From positions 153,627 to 217,626 of the forward strand of contig JBHJGM010000002.1 in NCBI GenBank assembly GCA_050331815.1: a stretch of DNA of 64,000 bases, in the 5' to 3' direction. Shown here in pieces: positions 27,057 through 35,844 of the stretch (its first letter is position 1; each line of letters starts with the position of its first letter). The notes beneath the pieces are model-generated. The model had not been told where the DNA came from. It ran no database searches and was given only the letters and a program-made list of their open reading frames with translations. The DNA is from Opitutales bacterium. GTDB lineage: Bacteria; Verrucomicrobiota; Verrucomicrobiia; Opitutales; JBHJGM01. Position numbers and translations under genes: made by a program.

Positions 27057-27869
27057 ATGATCATTCCTCGTCTGAAACTTGCCTTGAATTTCTGCTGCTT
27101 CGGTTTTTGCGCCGCGGCCCTGGCGGATCTGAACTCGCTGCTTGAGCCGGTTAACGAACCGCCTGGACCGGTTGCCGTGCGCGTCAGTCCCGTCGAGTCA
27201 GCAGTGCTGCCAAAGTCGACTCGGGAGCTTCCGCCGATCATCGATCAGGAAGCGATCGCACAGCGTCTGGCCATGCTTTTGCAGGCGCGCATGAACGAAG
27301 CGGGCAAACTACGCCTGAAGTTTTTGAAGGCTTGGCGTCCGTTGCAGCCACGCACTGACAACTGGCACGTCGAGATTCTCGAGTACCCGGCTTCCGGTTT
27401 CACTCGCAGCTTTCTGCTGAGCTTTAAGCTCGAGGTCGACGGACAGGATGCAGGGACCTTTCAAATGCCCGTCCGGGCCGAACTGTGGCGCGATGTTTAC
27501 TTTGCCCGCCGCGCCATGACCACCGAAGCCCTGGTCGACGCCGACGAACTGCTCATCCGCAACATCGATTTGCTCGAGCTGCACAACCCGGCCATCCCTG
27601 CCGATGCGGACCTGCGCGACTACGAAATGACGCGCTCCGTCAGTGCCGGCCGTCCCTTGCTCTGGCGCGACGTCAAGCTAATCCCGCTGGTGCGCGAGGG
27701 TGAGGTCGTCGAGGCTGTCTGCGAGGAGGGCATGCTGTCGATCACCATGAAGGCCGTTGCGCTCGAAAGTGGCGGTCGCTCCGATTTTATCCGTATTCGC
27801 AATCCCCAATCTCACAAAGACATTCAAGCCGAGGTCATCGATGACAAGAAGGTTCGCGTCCACTTTTAG
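27057..27869 (+). CDS. flgA: flagellar P-ring assembly chaperone FlgA
   Basis: Signal peptide. C-terminal SAF-like region (LWRDVKLIPLVREGEVVEAV...IRIRNPQSHKDIQAEVIDDKKVRV). Lies before flgH. Confidence 0.7.
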   Translation: MIIPRLKLALNFCCFGFCAAALADLNSLLEPVNEPPGPVAVRVSPVESAVLPKSTRELPPIIDQEAIAQRLAMLLQARMNEAGKLRLKFLKAWRPLQPRTDNWHVEILEYPASGFTRSFLLSFKLEVDGQDAGTFQMPVRAELWRDVYFARRAMTTEALVDADELLIRNIDLLELHNPAIPADADLRDYEMTRSVSAGRPLLWRDVKLIPLVREGEVVEAVCEEGMLSITMKAVALESGGRSDFIRIRNPQSHKDIQAEVIDDKKVRVHF

Positions 27870-28482
27870 CCGCTACTGGCTGCCGCTGCTCGGTGCCCTG
27901 GCGTTTACGCCCGGGGCACCCGCACAGTCGCTCTGGCTGAGCGCTTCCAACACTGAACGCAGTATGTTTGCCGACCCGAAGGCCGCGGCCCGGGGCGATA
28001 TCCTGACCGTGATCGTCAGCGAAACCAGCAACGTGGTCACCACGCTGCGCCTGTCTACGGATAAGGATGCCTCCATCCAAAATCAGGTTTCGCAGTGGCT
28101 GTTTTCGGCGGCGGCCAGCAACTTTGGCACGCACAATGGCGAGTTGCCGGCGACCGATATCGACGGTTCCAACCAATACTCCGGCGGCGGCGAGGTTTCC
28201 AACAGCCAGAGCCTGAGCGCGACCATCTCGGTGGTCGTGATCGATCAATTGCCCAATGGCGTGCTGGTCGTGGAGGGCGGACGTGCGATTTCGACCTCGG
28301 GTGAAACTATCTACGCGGTCTTTCGCGGGCTGGTTCGACCGGCCGACATTTCCGCCAGCAATCAGATCGCTTCCGACCGCGTGGCCGATGCGCGGCTCGA
28401 GTTCCTGAACGCGGGCGCGCTGACCGAGGCCCAGAAAAAAGGCTGGCTGCTGCGCTTCAACGACCGCGTCAACCCCTTCTAA
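27841..28482 (+). CDS. flgH: flagellar L-ring lipoprotein FlgH (start at the ATG at 27841)
   Basis: SLW...MFADPKAARGDILTVIVSE and VVEGGRAISTSGETIYAVFRGLVRPADI are FlgH motifs. 29-nt overlap with flgA. Confidence 0.85.
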   Translation: MTRRFASTFSRYWLPLLGALAFTPGAPAQSLWLSASNTERSMFADPKAAARGDILTVIVSETSNVVTTLRLSTDKDASIQNQVSQWLFSAAASNFGTHNGELPATDIDGSNQYSGGGEVSNSQSLSATISVVVIDQLPNGVLVVEGGRAISTSGETIYAVFRGLVRPADISASNQIASDRVADARLEFLNAGALTEAQKKGWLLRFNDRVNPF

Positions 28483-28519
28483 AATTTTGAGCACACACTT
28501 TCCTGGACACCTTGCCCCG

Positions 28520-29650
28520 ATGACACGGTTGCCGCTACGCACCTACTCGAAAGCTGCTCTGGCTCTGGTGGCTGTCCTGCTCTGGCTTATCACCGGCCAG
28601 GGCAGGGCGGACGCCTCTCGCATCAAGGACCTTACCGAGGTCAGCGGGGTGCGATCCAACCAGTTGACCGGACTCGGTTTAATCACTGGCTTAGCGGGCA
28701 CGGGCGACAGCCAGATCGATTTTCGCGATCAGGCCGTGGCCAACATGCTGTTGCGCTACGGGCTGACCGTCGAGCCCGACTCCATCAAAAGCGACAACGT
28801 GGCGGTGGTTATGATCACGGCGGAGATTCCGCCCTTTGCCCGCCCCGGCACGCGAATCGACGTCACGGTTTCCACCCTCGGCGATGCGGAAACCCTTCAG
28901 GGGGGCACGCTGCTGCAAACGCCGCTGGTTGGAGCCGATGGAAATGTCTACGCCGTAGCCCAGGGTGCGATCGCTATCGGCGGTTTTCTGCAGGGCGTGG
29001 GTGGACCTGGCGGGGCCACAGTCCAGCAGAATCACCCGACGGTCGGCACCATCCCAGGCGGAGCGATGGTGGAGCGCGAGGTGCCCATGCGTTTGGGCGC
29101 GGACAACTCCCTGGAACTCATGCTGCTCAACCCCGATTTTACCTCGGCGGTGCGCGTCGCTGACGCCATCAACGCCTCCTTCCCCGGCACCGCGCATCCG
29201 CTGGACTCGGCTACGGTTACGATCACGATCCCGCCCGAATACACACCGCACGTGACCAAGTTTGTTTCCGATGTGGGCCAGCTCGACGTTGAGCCCGACC
29301 TCACCGCCCGGGTCGTCATCAACGAAAAGACCGGCACTATCGTGGCTACTTCGAACGTGCGTATCTCGACGGTTGCCGTCAGCCACGGCTCGCTCACGAT
29401 TACCATCGCGCGGCAGGAGAATGTGTCCCAGCCGCCGGCCTTCAGCGAGGGCACCACCGAAACCACCGACGCCGCCAACGTCACCGTCAACGAACGCCAT
29501 GGTGGCTTCCAGGTATTGCCCGACTACCCGACCATCGAACGCCTGACTACCGCCTTGAACGCTCTGGGCGTTTCCACGCGCGAGATGATGTCCATCCTGC
29601 AGTCGCTCAAAAAGGCCGGTGCGCTGCAGGCCGAATTGGTCCTCAACTGA
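28520..29650 (+). CDS. flgI: flagellar P-ring protein FlgI (ATG 28520; alternative TTG 28487)
   Basis: RIKDLTEVSGVRSNQLTGLGLITGLAGTGD, GTLLQTPLVGADGNVYAVAQG, ALNALGVSTREMMSILQSLKKAGALQAELV. Confidence 0.9.
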   Translation: MTRLPLRTYSKAALALVAVLLWLITGQGRADASRIKDLTEVSGVRSNQLTGLGLITGLAGTGDSQIDFRDQAVANMLLRYGLTVEPDSIKSDNVAVVMITAEIPPFARPGTRIDVTVSTLGDAETLQGGTLLQTPLVGADGNVYAVAQGAIAIGGFLQGVGGPGGATVQQNHPTVGTIPGGAMVEREVPMRLGADNSLELMLLNPDFTSAVRVADAINASFPGTAHPLDSATVTITIPPEYTPHVTKFVSDVGQLDVEPDLTARVVINEKTGTIVATSNVRISTVAVSHGSLTITIARQENVSQPPAFSEGTTETTDAANVTVNERHGGFQVLPDYPTIERLTTALNALGVSTREMMSILQSLKKAGALQAELVLN

Positions 29651-29666
29651 CCCTTGTTTTTCCCTG

Positions 29667-30017
29667 ATGAACGTCGATGCCTCCCAATTGACTGCGGCCA
29701 CGCCGCTGATGGATACCGCCCAGCTGCAATCGCTGATGGCGGACAAGGCGGTCTCGGCCCAAGCGCAACAGGCGGAGGCAGCCCGGCAGTTCGAGGCGGT
29801 CATGCTGCGTCAGATCGCCCGCGAGGCTTTCGAACCGCTCTTTTCTGGCTCGATGGGCTCGGGCAGCGGCGGCGCCGTCTATGAATATTTTCTCACCGAT
29901 GCCATCGCCCAGGGCCTCAGCCAGGGCGGGGGCCTCGGGCTTACTTCCGTCCTCCAGCAACAGTTGACGCAATACACGCCAACAGGCCCTGAAAACGCTA
30001 CGCATTCCTCGCTATGA
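29667..30017 (+). CDS. flgJ: rod-binding protein (FlgJ N-terminal domain only, no glycoside hydrolase domain)
   Basis: AARQFEAVMLRQIAREAFEPLFSG...YEYFLTDAIAQGLSQGGGLGL matches the Rod-binding domain. 116 aa from the internal ATG at 29667. Confidence 0.7.
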   Translation: MNVDASQLTAATPLMDTAQLQSLMADKAVSAQAQQAEAARQFEAVMLRQIAREAFEPLFSGSMGSGSGGAVYEYFLTDAIAQGLSQGGGLGLTSVLQQQLTQYTPTGPENATHSSL

Positions 30018-30532
30018 TCGAAACGCCAACCCAGACTGATCGCGCCGAACACCTAGTGGAGCTCCTTCGCGCGGAGCTAGAAGGCTACGGCGAACTGCTC
30101 TCGCTGCTCAATGCGCAGCAGCAGGGCATCCTCCGTCGTGAGCCCGAAGCTGTCTCCGCGCATGCAAGTGATGTTGACGAGGCCAGCGAGCGCGCCTCGG
30201 CCTTGCGGTCCAGCCGCGAGGCGTGGGTCCGCGAGTGTGTCGTTGAGGCTGGCCTGGATGCGGAGGCCACCGTGCACGACTGGCTGCCGTTTTGTCCGCG
30301 CGCCAGCCAGCCGCTGATCGAAGGCCTTGTCGACGAAATCAACCGCACCCTCGACCGCTCGCAGCAACGCGCCCGGCAAAATCAGGTGCTCTTGGCTCGG
30401 GCCATTCAGACCATCGAACAGATCGTGCGACTCATCCAGCCCGATGTCGGCACCCGCACGTATACGCGCCAGGGTCAGATGTCGCACCGCGGCCCCGTCG
30501 CGGCTGGCGGACGCATCCTCGGCACCGTCTGA
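30014..30532 (+). CDS. flgN: FlgN-like flagellar export chaperone
   Basis: Helical 172-aa protein directly upstream of flgK-flgL (LVELLRAELEGYGELLSLLNAQQQGILRREPEAV). ATGA overlap with flgJ. Confidence 0.5.
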   Translation: MIETPTQTDRAEHLVELLRAELEGYGELLSLLNAQQQGILRREPEAVSAHASDVDEASERASALRSSREAWVRECVVEAGLDAEATVHDWLPFCPRASQPLIEGLVDEINRTLDRSQQRARQNQVLLARAIQTIEQIVRLIQPDVGTRTYTRQGQMSHRGPVAAGGRILGTV

Positions 30533-30553
30533 GAATTTTTAATATTTCCTGCC

Positions 30554-31984
30554 ATGTCCGGTCTCTTTTCAGCTTTAAGTACCAACGCGAAGGCCCTGCA
30601 GATTCACGGCCTCGGGGCCGAGATCACGGGCAAGAATCTCGCCAACATCAACAACCCGGACTACGCCCGCCAGCGTGTCAACGTGACTAACCTGGGTTCG
30701 GTGGAGACGCCCTTTGGGCCGATGTCCATGGGGTTGACCGTTGAGGGCCTTTCCCACAGTCGGGACCGGCTGCTGGATGCGGCCCTTTTGCGCGAAGTCT
30801 CCAATGAGGCTAAGCTGGCCGGCGAGTACGACCTGGCGCGCCAGCTCGAAACGGCCCTGGGCGAATCCATCGACCGCTCCGATTCGACCAGCATCGCCGA
30901 TGGCAGCAGCGAACTGAGCACCAGCCCCGGGCTCTTCGGCGCGGTCGGTCGCTACTTTGAAGCCCTGGATGGCGTGGCCTCCAATCCCTCGGACCCGAGC
31001 CAGCGGGACTTGTTGTTCAAGCGCGCGGAAGCGCTGATCGCCGAGTTTCGGGCCGTTGACACCAACATCAATCAGGCGATTGCCGACGGCACCGACCTGA
31101 TTCAAAACCAGGTCGGCCGCGTAAACGAGATCCTGAAGGACGTTGCTGATCTGAACCGCCAAATCACGCGCTTTGAATTGCAGCACCCGCAATCCGCCGT
31201 GGACCTCCGCGACAAGCGCCAGTCTGCTCTGGAGGAACTAGCCCAATACACGGACTTTCGCACGGTCGGTAACGACGGTACCCTGCAGGTCATTTTCACC
31301 GCAGAAACCAGTGGGACCGACCTGGTGGCGGTCGATGGACAGAAGCTCGAAAATACGCTGACCATGGTCACGGCGGACACCTTTCAGATGGCTGGCAGCA
31401 ACGTCTCGATGACGCGCGGCAGCATTCACGGTATCAGCGAAGCCATCACAAGCCAGGCGGTCGAATCGCTCGCCGAAGTCAACGAGCTGGCCGCGGAACT
31501 GGTCACGCGCGTCAACACGGCTTTCAATCCCGGCAGCAATCCGGACTACGACTTTTTCGAGGCCACGGGCCTGACGGCCGCGACCATCAGCGTGGACAAC
31601 AACATGCCCGCCAATTTCCGCACCAACAATACAGGCGACGCCAGTGACTCCACGTTGATCCTCAATGCCGCCAAAGTCGGCGATGACAACGGTATCGTCT
31701 TTGCTCCGGCAGGCGGCGACAGCTTTACCGGCGACTTCAGGCAGTACGCGTCCCAGATCGCTTCAAACTTGGGTACGTATGTCAGCTCCGTCGAAAGAAG
31801 CCTGGAAAACCAAAGCCTGGTGACCACGCACGTGCGCGCGCAGCGCGACTCCATCTCGGCGGTCTCCATGGACGAGGAGGTCGCCAATCTGGTGAAGTAC
31901 CAGCGCGCCTTCCAGGCATCGGCCCGGGTGATTTCCGTGATCGACTCCCTGCTCGAAGTCGTGGTCAACGGCCTAAAACGCTAA
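30554..31984 (+). CDS. flgK: flagellar hook-associated protein 1 FlgK
   Basis: N-terminal ITGKNLANINNPDYARQRV and C-terminal SAVSMDEEVANLVKYQRAFQASARVISVIDSLLEVVVN. Confidence 0.85.
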   Translation: MSGLFSALSTNAKALQIHGLGAEITGKNLANINNPDYARQRVNVTNLGSVETPFGPMSMGLTVEGLSHSRDRLLDAALLREVSNEAKLAGEYDLARQLETALGESIDRSDSTSIADGSSELSTSPGLFGAVGRYFEALDGVASNPSDPSQRDLLFKRAEALIAEFRAVDTNINQAIADGTDLIQNQVGRVNEILKDVADLNRQITRFELQHPQSAVDLRDKRQSALEELAQYTDFRTVGNDGTLQVIFTAETSGTDLVAVDGQKLENTLTMVTADTFQMAGSNVSMTRGSIHGISEAITSQAVESLAEVNELAAELVTRVNTAFNPGSNPDYDFFEATGLTAATISVDNNMPANFRTNNTGDASDSTLILNAAKVGDDNGIVFAPAGGDSFTGDFRQYASQIASNLGTYVSSVERSLENQSLVTTHVRAQRDSISAVSMDEEVANLVKYQRAFQASARVISVIDSLLEVVVNGLKR

Positions 31985-32012
31985 GGTGCGATTTAACTGA
32001 AGGGCTCTCACG

Positions 32013-32912
32013 ATGCGCGTCCCCGATTCTAGTTTCGTCAACACGCTGATTCCGCAGTTGGAGCGGCTGAACTACCAGCAGCACAAGCTGCAAAATCAGG
32101 CAGCCACCGGGCAAAAGGTGTTTTTGCCTTCGGACGATCCCGCTGCGGTGGGCCGCGCGCTTGAGCTTCAGGGCGAAAAGGACCAGATTCAGCAGTTTCG
32201 CCGCAATATCTCGCGGGCGGATGCGCTCAGCCACGCCGCCTTCAACAGCGTCGAAAGCATGCAGCAGATCCTCCTGCAAGCGGGCGAAGTCGCCATCAAA
32301 GCCAACGGGCTGACCTCCGCGGACGGCTTCCCGGCCTACGCAATCGAAGTCGACAGCCTGCTGGAGGATTTCGTCAACTTGGCCAACAGCGATTACCTGG
32401 GCGAATACCTGCATGCGGGTACCGCCACCCAGACGGCGCCGTTCACCGTCACGCGGCCCGATCCGGACAACCTGATCAAGTCTGCGGCCTACGTCGGGCA
32501 TGCGACCAATCTGCCGACGTTTCGCATCACCGAGTCCCAGGACTTTTCTCCCTTCACGCGCACCTCGACCAATGCGGCCCTGGTCGATGGCATGAACAAC
32601 CTGATCGCGTTGCGCGATGCGCTGAACGCTGAAGACGTGAGCGCCATTCAGGCCGCCCAGGAGAACATCCGCGCCCAGGAGGACATCCTGGTGGAGGAGA
32701 TGTCCCTCATCGGCTCGCATCTGACCACGCTCGAAATTGTTACCAACCGCAGCGACGTGGCTTTTTTCAACTACGAGCAAAACATCTCGAAGGAGGTCGA
32801 CGCCGACCTGGCTGAGACCCTCGTGCAACTCAACAGCACCAGCCTTGCCTATCAGGCTGCCCTGCAAAGTGGTTCACAAATCATGAACCTCTCCCTGCTC
32901 AATTATCTCTAA
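32013..32912 (+). CDS. flgL: flagellar hook-associated protein 3 FlgL
   Basis: Flagellin-family N/C helices (QNQAATGQKVFLPSDDPAAVGRALEL...LVQLNSTSLAYQAALQSGSQIMNLSLLNYL). Follows flgK. Confidence 0.8.
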   Translation: MRVPDSSFVNTLIPQLERLNYQQHKLQNQAATGQKVFLPSDDPAAVGRALELQGEKDQIQQFRRNISRADALSHAAFNSVESMQQILLQAGEVAIKANGLTSADGFPAYAIEVDSLLEDFVNLANSDYLGEYLHAGTATQTAPFTVTRPDPDNLIKSAAYVGHATNLPTFRITESQDFSPFTRTSTNAALVDGMNNLIALRDALNAEDVSAIQAAQENIRAQEDILVEEMSLIGSHLTTLEIVTNRSDVAFFNYEQNISKEVDADLAETLVQLNSTSLAYQAALQSGSQIMNLSLLNYL

Positions 32913-33015
32913 GCAGCCTCGGGCGGACTGACTCAGCGGTGGCCCAGCACCGCTGTGAAGCGCGGCACGTAAAAAAATACTTAAACGGTTCATCCTTTGT
33001 TCCGAATAGGTTCTC

Positions 33016-33453
33016 GTGGCTACTGCCGACATAGAGAAGAACGAAGCCGGTCTGGATACCAGCATCGTTGAACTGCCCGAGGGCATCATCGGTTTTCCCG
33101 AAATGAAGGAAGCCGAGATTGTCTTCAGTGAGGAGGAACTGCCGTTTCTGCGCCTGCGCGACAAGCAACCTGGTGGCCTCACCCTGCTTGTCGTGGAGCC
33201 CGGTCCGCTTGTTCCCGGCTATCAGCCTGAGATTCTCGACAACGACCTCGGCTTCCTTGAAATCACCAAGCCCGAGGAGGTCCTCTTGCTGAACATCGCT
33301 TCCATCCACGAGCAGGCCAGCGTGGAAGTCACCCTCAACCTGGTTGGTCCCATTGTGGTCAACCGCCGCAACCGTCGCGCCCGTCAGGTCGTGATCGGAA
33401 ACTTTCAGAACTACACTGCCCGCTTCAAGCTGTTTGAAGCCGAGGGCGACTGA
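33016..33453 (+). CDS. fliW: flagellar assembly factor FliW (GTG start)
   Basis: VELPEGIIGFPEMKEAEIV...PFLRLRDKQPGGLTLLVVEP...NLVGPIVVNRRNRRARQVV. Immediately upstream of csrA. Confidence 0.8.
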   Translation: MATADIEKNEAGLDTSIVELPEGIIGFPEMKEAEIVFSEEELPFLRLRDKQPGGLTLLVVEPGPLVPGYQPEILDNDLGFLEITKPEEVLLLNIASIHEQASVEVTLNLVGPIVVNRRNRRARQVVIGNFQNYTARFKLFEAEGD

Positions 33454-33506
33454 TCCGCTGCCACTCGCACGCCACTTTCTAAGCTCCGCCTAAAAAGGTT
33501 ATACCC

Positions 33507-33746
33507 ATGCTCGTGCTTTCCCGCAAAGTTGAGGAAGCCGTCGTCATCGACGGGCGCATCGAGGTACGGATCACCAAGGTCGAGGGCGATGTGGTGAAAA
33601 TCGGAATCAAGGCGCCTCGGGAAATTTCCGTCTATCGCAAGGAGTTATACGATTCTGTGCGCCAGAGTAATGAGGAAGCCGTAGCCGCCGCGCGCAAGAC
33701 GCGCTTCCCCGGGCGCGCCGCTGCCGCTGCGCGTAAGCGCTCTTGA
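33507..33746 (+). CDS. csrA: carbon storage regulator CsrA (FliW-partnered type with C-terminal extension)
   Basis: [48 protein letters not shown]. 79 aa. Confidence 0.95.
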   Translation: MLVLSRKVEEAVVIDGRIEVRITKVEGDVVKIGIKAPREISVYRKELYDSVRQSNEEAVAAARKTRFPGRAAAAARKRS

Positions 33747-33900
33747 GGCAGCAAGAGGAAGCCGTGATCAGGCTTACCATTTGATCGTTGGGATAAGGGT
33801 GTCTGTAAAGCTGCGAGCTACAGGAGGACTCAAGGTTACTCCTTGGCTATCATCAGTTAACTGTATCTGTCCTTTAGCGAACTTTTTACCGTGAATGCGG

Positions 33901-33927
33901 TAAGGCCACGTCATTACTGGACGATGA
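33901..33927 (+). promoter_or_regulatory. weak sigma-28-like promoter candidate upstream of the MCP gene
   Basis: TAAG-N15-GACGATGA versus TAAA-N15-GCCGATAA (3/4 and 6/8 matches). ~70 nt upstream of the ATG at 34001. Confidence 0.25.
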
Positions 33928-34000
33928 TTAGTCCGTCGTGCTTCAGGTCGCTTTGCCTCAGCAGATGACGTCAGTTCCACACATTTTGCCTGTCTGATTT

Positions 34001-35695
34001 ATGAAACTTGGGACCAAGATTATCGGGAGCGCCGTGGGCGCCGTCACCTTAACCACCGCGGTGGCCCTCTACGTGCAGAGCGGAGTCGCCCACGACCTTG
34101 GCGTCGAAATGCTCGAGCACGAGTTGCGGGCCACCCTGGTGCAGGCCGAAAGCGTGCGCGATGCCTTTTCCGAACTCAGCCAGGCCAACGCTTTTGATAT
34201 CGAAACCCTTTCCGCCGAGTTGGAAGATGCTAACGGCGACTACAAGTCCACCACCTTTTACAAGACCGTTCCGGTCGTAGCTGCCTGGGACGGGCTGAAG
34301 GAAGTCGCCGCTTTGGAGGGCTTTCAGTTTCGCGTGGTTCGGGAAGACCCGCGCAACCGCGAGAACCGCCCGGATGCGTTCGAGCTCGAGATTTTGAGTC
34401 AGCTTGAAGCCGGCGCTGAAGAGGTCTTCATCGAGCGTGACGACATCAACGCGGTGACCTTCGCCCGCCCGGTCTTCATCACCGAGGACTGCCTCTTCTG
34501 TCACGGCGACCCCAAGAACAGCCCCACCGGCGACGGCAAGGATGTGCTCGGTTTCGCCATGGAAGATTGGGATGTGGGCGACCTTCGCGGCGCGTTCATT
34601 TTGACTGCCGACTTGGAAGGCGTCGATGAGGTCGCACAGGCCGGCATCATCGAGGTGATTTTCTGGGCGATACCTGTAGTCATCATAATTTGCGGCGGAT
34701 TGTACTTTCTCGTGCGCAAAGCGGTTACCTTGCCATTGGGCCGCGCTATCGAAGATCTCAACACCGCCTCGGAACAGTCCGGTTCGGCGACCACCGAGAT
34801 TTCCAGCGCAAGTTCCTCGCTGGCTAACAGTTGCTCCGAACAAGCGGCCGCGCTGGAGCAGACCCGCGCCTCCGTTGACGAAATTTCCGGCCTGGCCGGT
34901 CGCAACAGCGAGAGTGCTCGCAAGGCGCTCGAACTTGCCGAGCAGGCCAGCGATGTGGCCCGTGAAGGCAGCAGCGGCATGGAGCAGATGAACGAGGCCA
35001 TGCTCGCCATCAAGGATTTCAGCGACCAGATCGCCAAGACCATGAAGACGATCGACGAGATCGCCTTCCAGACGAACATCCTCGCCCTCAACGCTGCTGT
35101 CGAGGCCGCGCGGGCCGGGGAAGCCGGTGCCGGATTCTCCGTGGTCGCCGATGAGGTGCGCGCCCTCGCGCAGCGTTCCGCGCAGGCTGCTCAGGACACC
35201 TCATCACTGCTCACCGAGGCAAGCGCCCGCAGTGAGCACGGCGTAACGCTCTGTTCAAACGTTCGCGAGAAAATCGACCGCATCGTCGAAACCGTCGCCA
35301 CCGTGAACGAGTTTGTGACCTCCGTCACGCAGGCCAGCGATGAGCAATCCAGCGGACTGCGCGAAGTTGTCCAGGCGGTCGCTCAGGTCGACGGTGCCAC
35401 CCAAACCAACGCCGCCAACGCCGAAGAAACAGCCTCTGCCTGCTCGGAACTCGAGGCGCAGATCGAAGCGCTCCGTGGCGTTGTCGTCGGTCTGGTGGGT
35501 GTGATGGACGGGGGCGCCACCCTGCCGCCGCAGTCGAATTTCAATGCGTCCAAAGGCGGGGGTGCTTCAGGCCAACAAAAAGGTTTTTCCATCCGTCCGG
35601 AAGCGCCCGCAATTCAGGGTGGCGGCGACCTGAACTTCCCCCAGCGTCAGAACGAAGAAGAATTCGTCGTCTCAGACGGTGGCTGGAAGAACTGA
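34001..35695 (+). CDS. methyl-accepting chemotaxis protein with a CXXCH (haem-c) periplasmic sensor domain
   Basis: TM1, ~190-aa periplasmic domain containing CLFCH (nt 34490-34504), TM2, then the conserved MCP signalling hairpin (IDEIAFQTNILALNAAVEAARAGEAGAGFSVVADEVRALAQRS). Confidence 0.9.
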   Translation: MKLGTKIIGSAVGAVTLTTAVALYVQSGVAHDLGVEMLEHELRATLVQAESVRDAFSELSQANAFDIETLSAELEDANGDYKSTTFYKTVPVVAAWDGLKEVAALEGFQFRVVREDPRNRENRPDAFELEILSQLEAGAEEVFIERDDINAVTFARPVFITEDCLFCHGDPKNSPTGDGKDVLGFAMEDWDVGDLRGAFILTADLEGVDEVAQAGIIEVIFWAIPVVIIICGGLYFLVRKAVTLPLGRAIEDLNTASEQSGSATTEISSASSSLANSCSEQAAALEQTRASVDEISGLAGRNSESARKALELAEQASDVAREGSSGMEQMNEAMLAIKDFSDQIAKTMKTIDEIAFQTNILALNAAVEAARAGEAGAGFSVVADEVRALAQRSAQAAQDTSSLLTEASARSEHGVTLCSNVREKIDRIVETVATVNEFVTSVTQASDEQSSGLREVVQAVAQVDGATQTNAANAEETASACSELEAQIEALRGVVVGLVGVMDGGATLPPQSNFNASKGGGASGQQKGFSIRPEAPAIQGGGDLNFPQRQNEEEFVVSDGGWKN

Positions 35696-35723
35696 GCGGA
35701 CGCTCCCGGCCAAGCTTTTTTCC

Positions 35724-35758
35724 AACGGCTCCCCGCACCTGGGGAGCCGTTTGCTTTT
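35724..35758 (+). terminator. rho-independent terminator after the MCP gene
   Basis: Perfect 11-bp stem AACGGCTCCCC / GGGGAGCCGTT, 6-nt loop, then TGCTTTT. Confidence 0.7.
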
Positions 35759-35844
35759 ATAGAGCCTATACTGCGGATTTTGAAGCCTTTGGCGCTTCAG
35801 GGGAGCCCGTATCTTGACGATTCATGCATAGCTAAGATCGCAAA

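Noticed and set aside
32982-33008. Sigma-28-like element TAAA-N15-TCCGAATA upstream of fliW
   Set aside because: Only 5/8 matches in the -10 box, and it ends 8 nt before the GTG start. That is too weak to call. fliW-csrA may simply be read through from flgKL, past the 8-bp hairpin at 32934-32955 that has no U-tract.
33774-33980. 68-aa minus-strand ORF in the csrA-MCP spacer
   Set aside because: GTG start, no ribosome-binding context, atypical composition and no recognisable fold. It is treated as non-coding, but the spacer itself is reported as a finding.
35800-35844. Sigma-70-like TTGACG ... TAAGAT upstream of the P-loop NTPase gene
   Set aside because: The spacer is only 13 nt, against the 16-18 nt required, so it is not a credible -35/-10 pair. 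The promoter of this unit remains unidentified.
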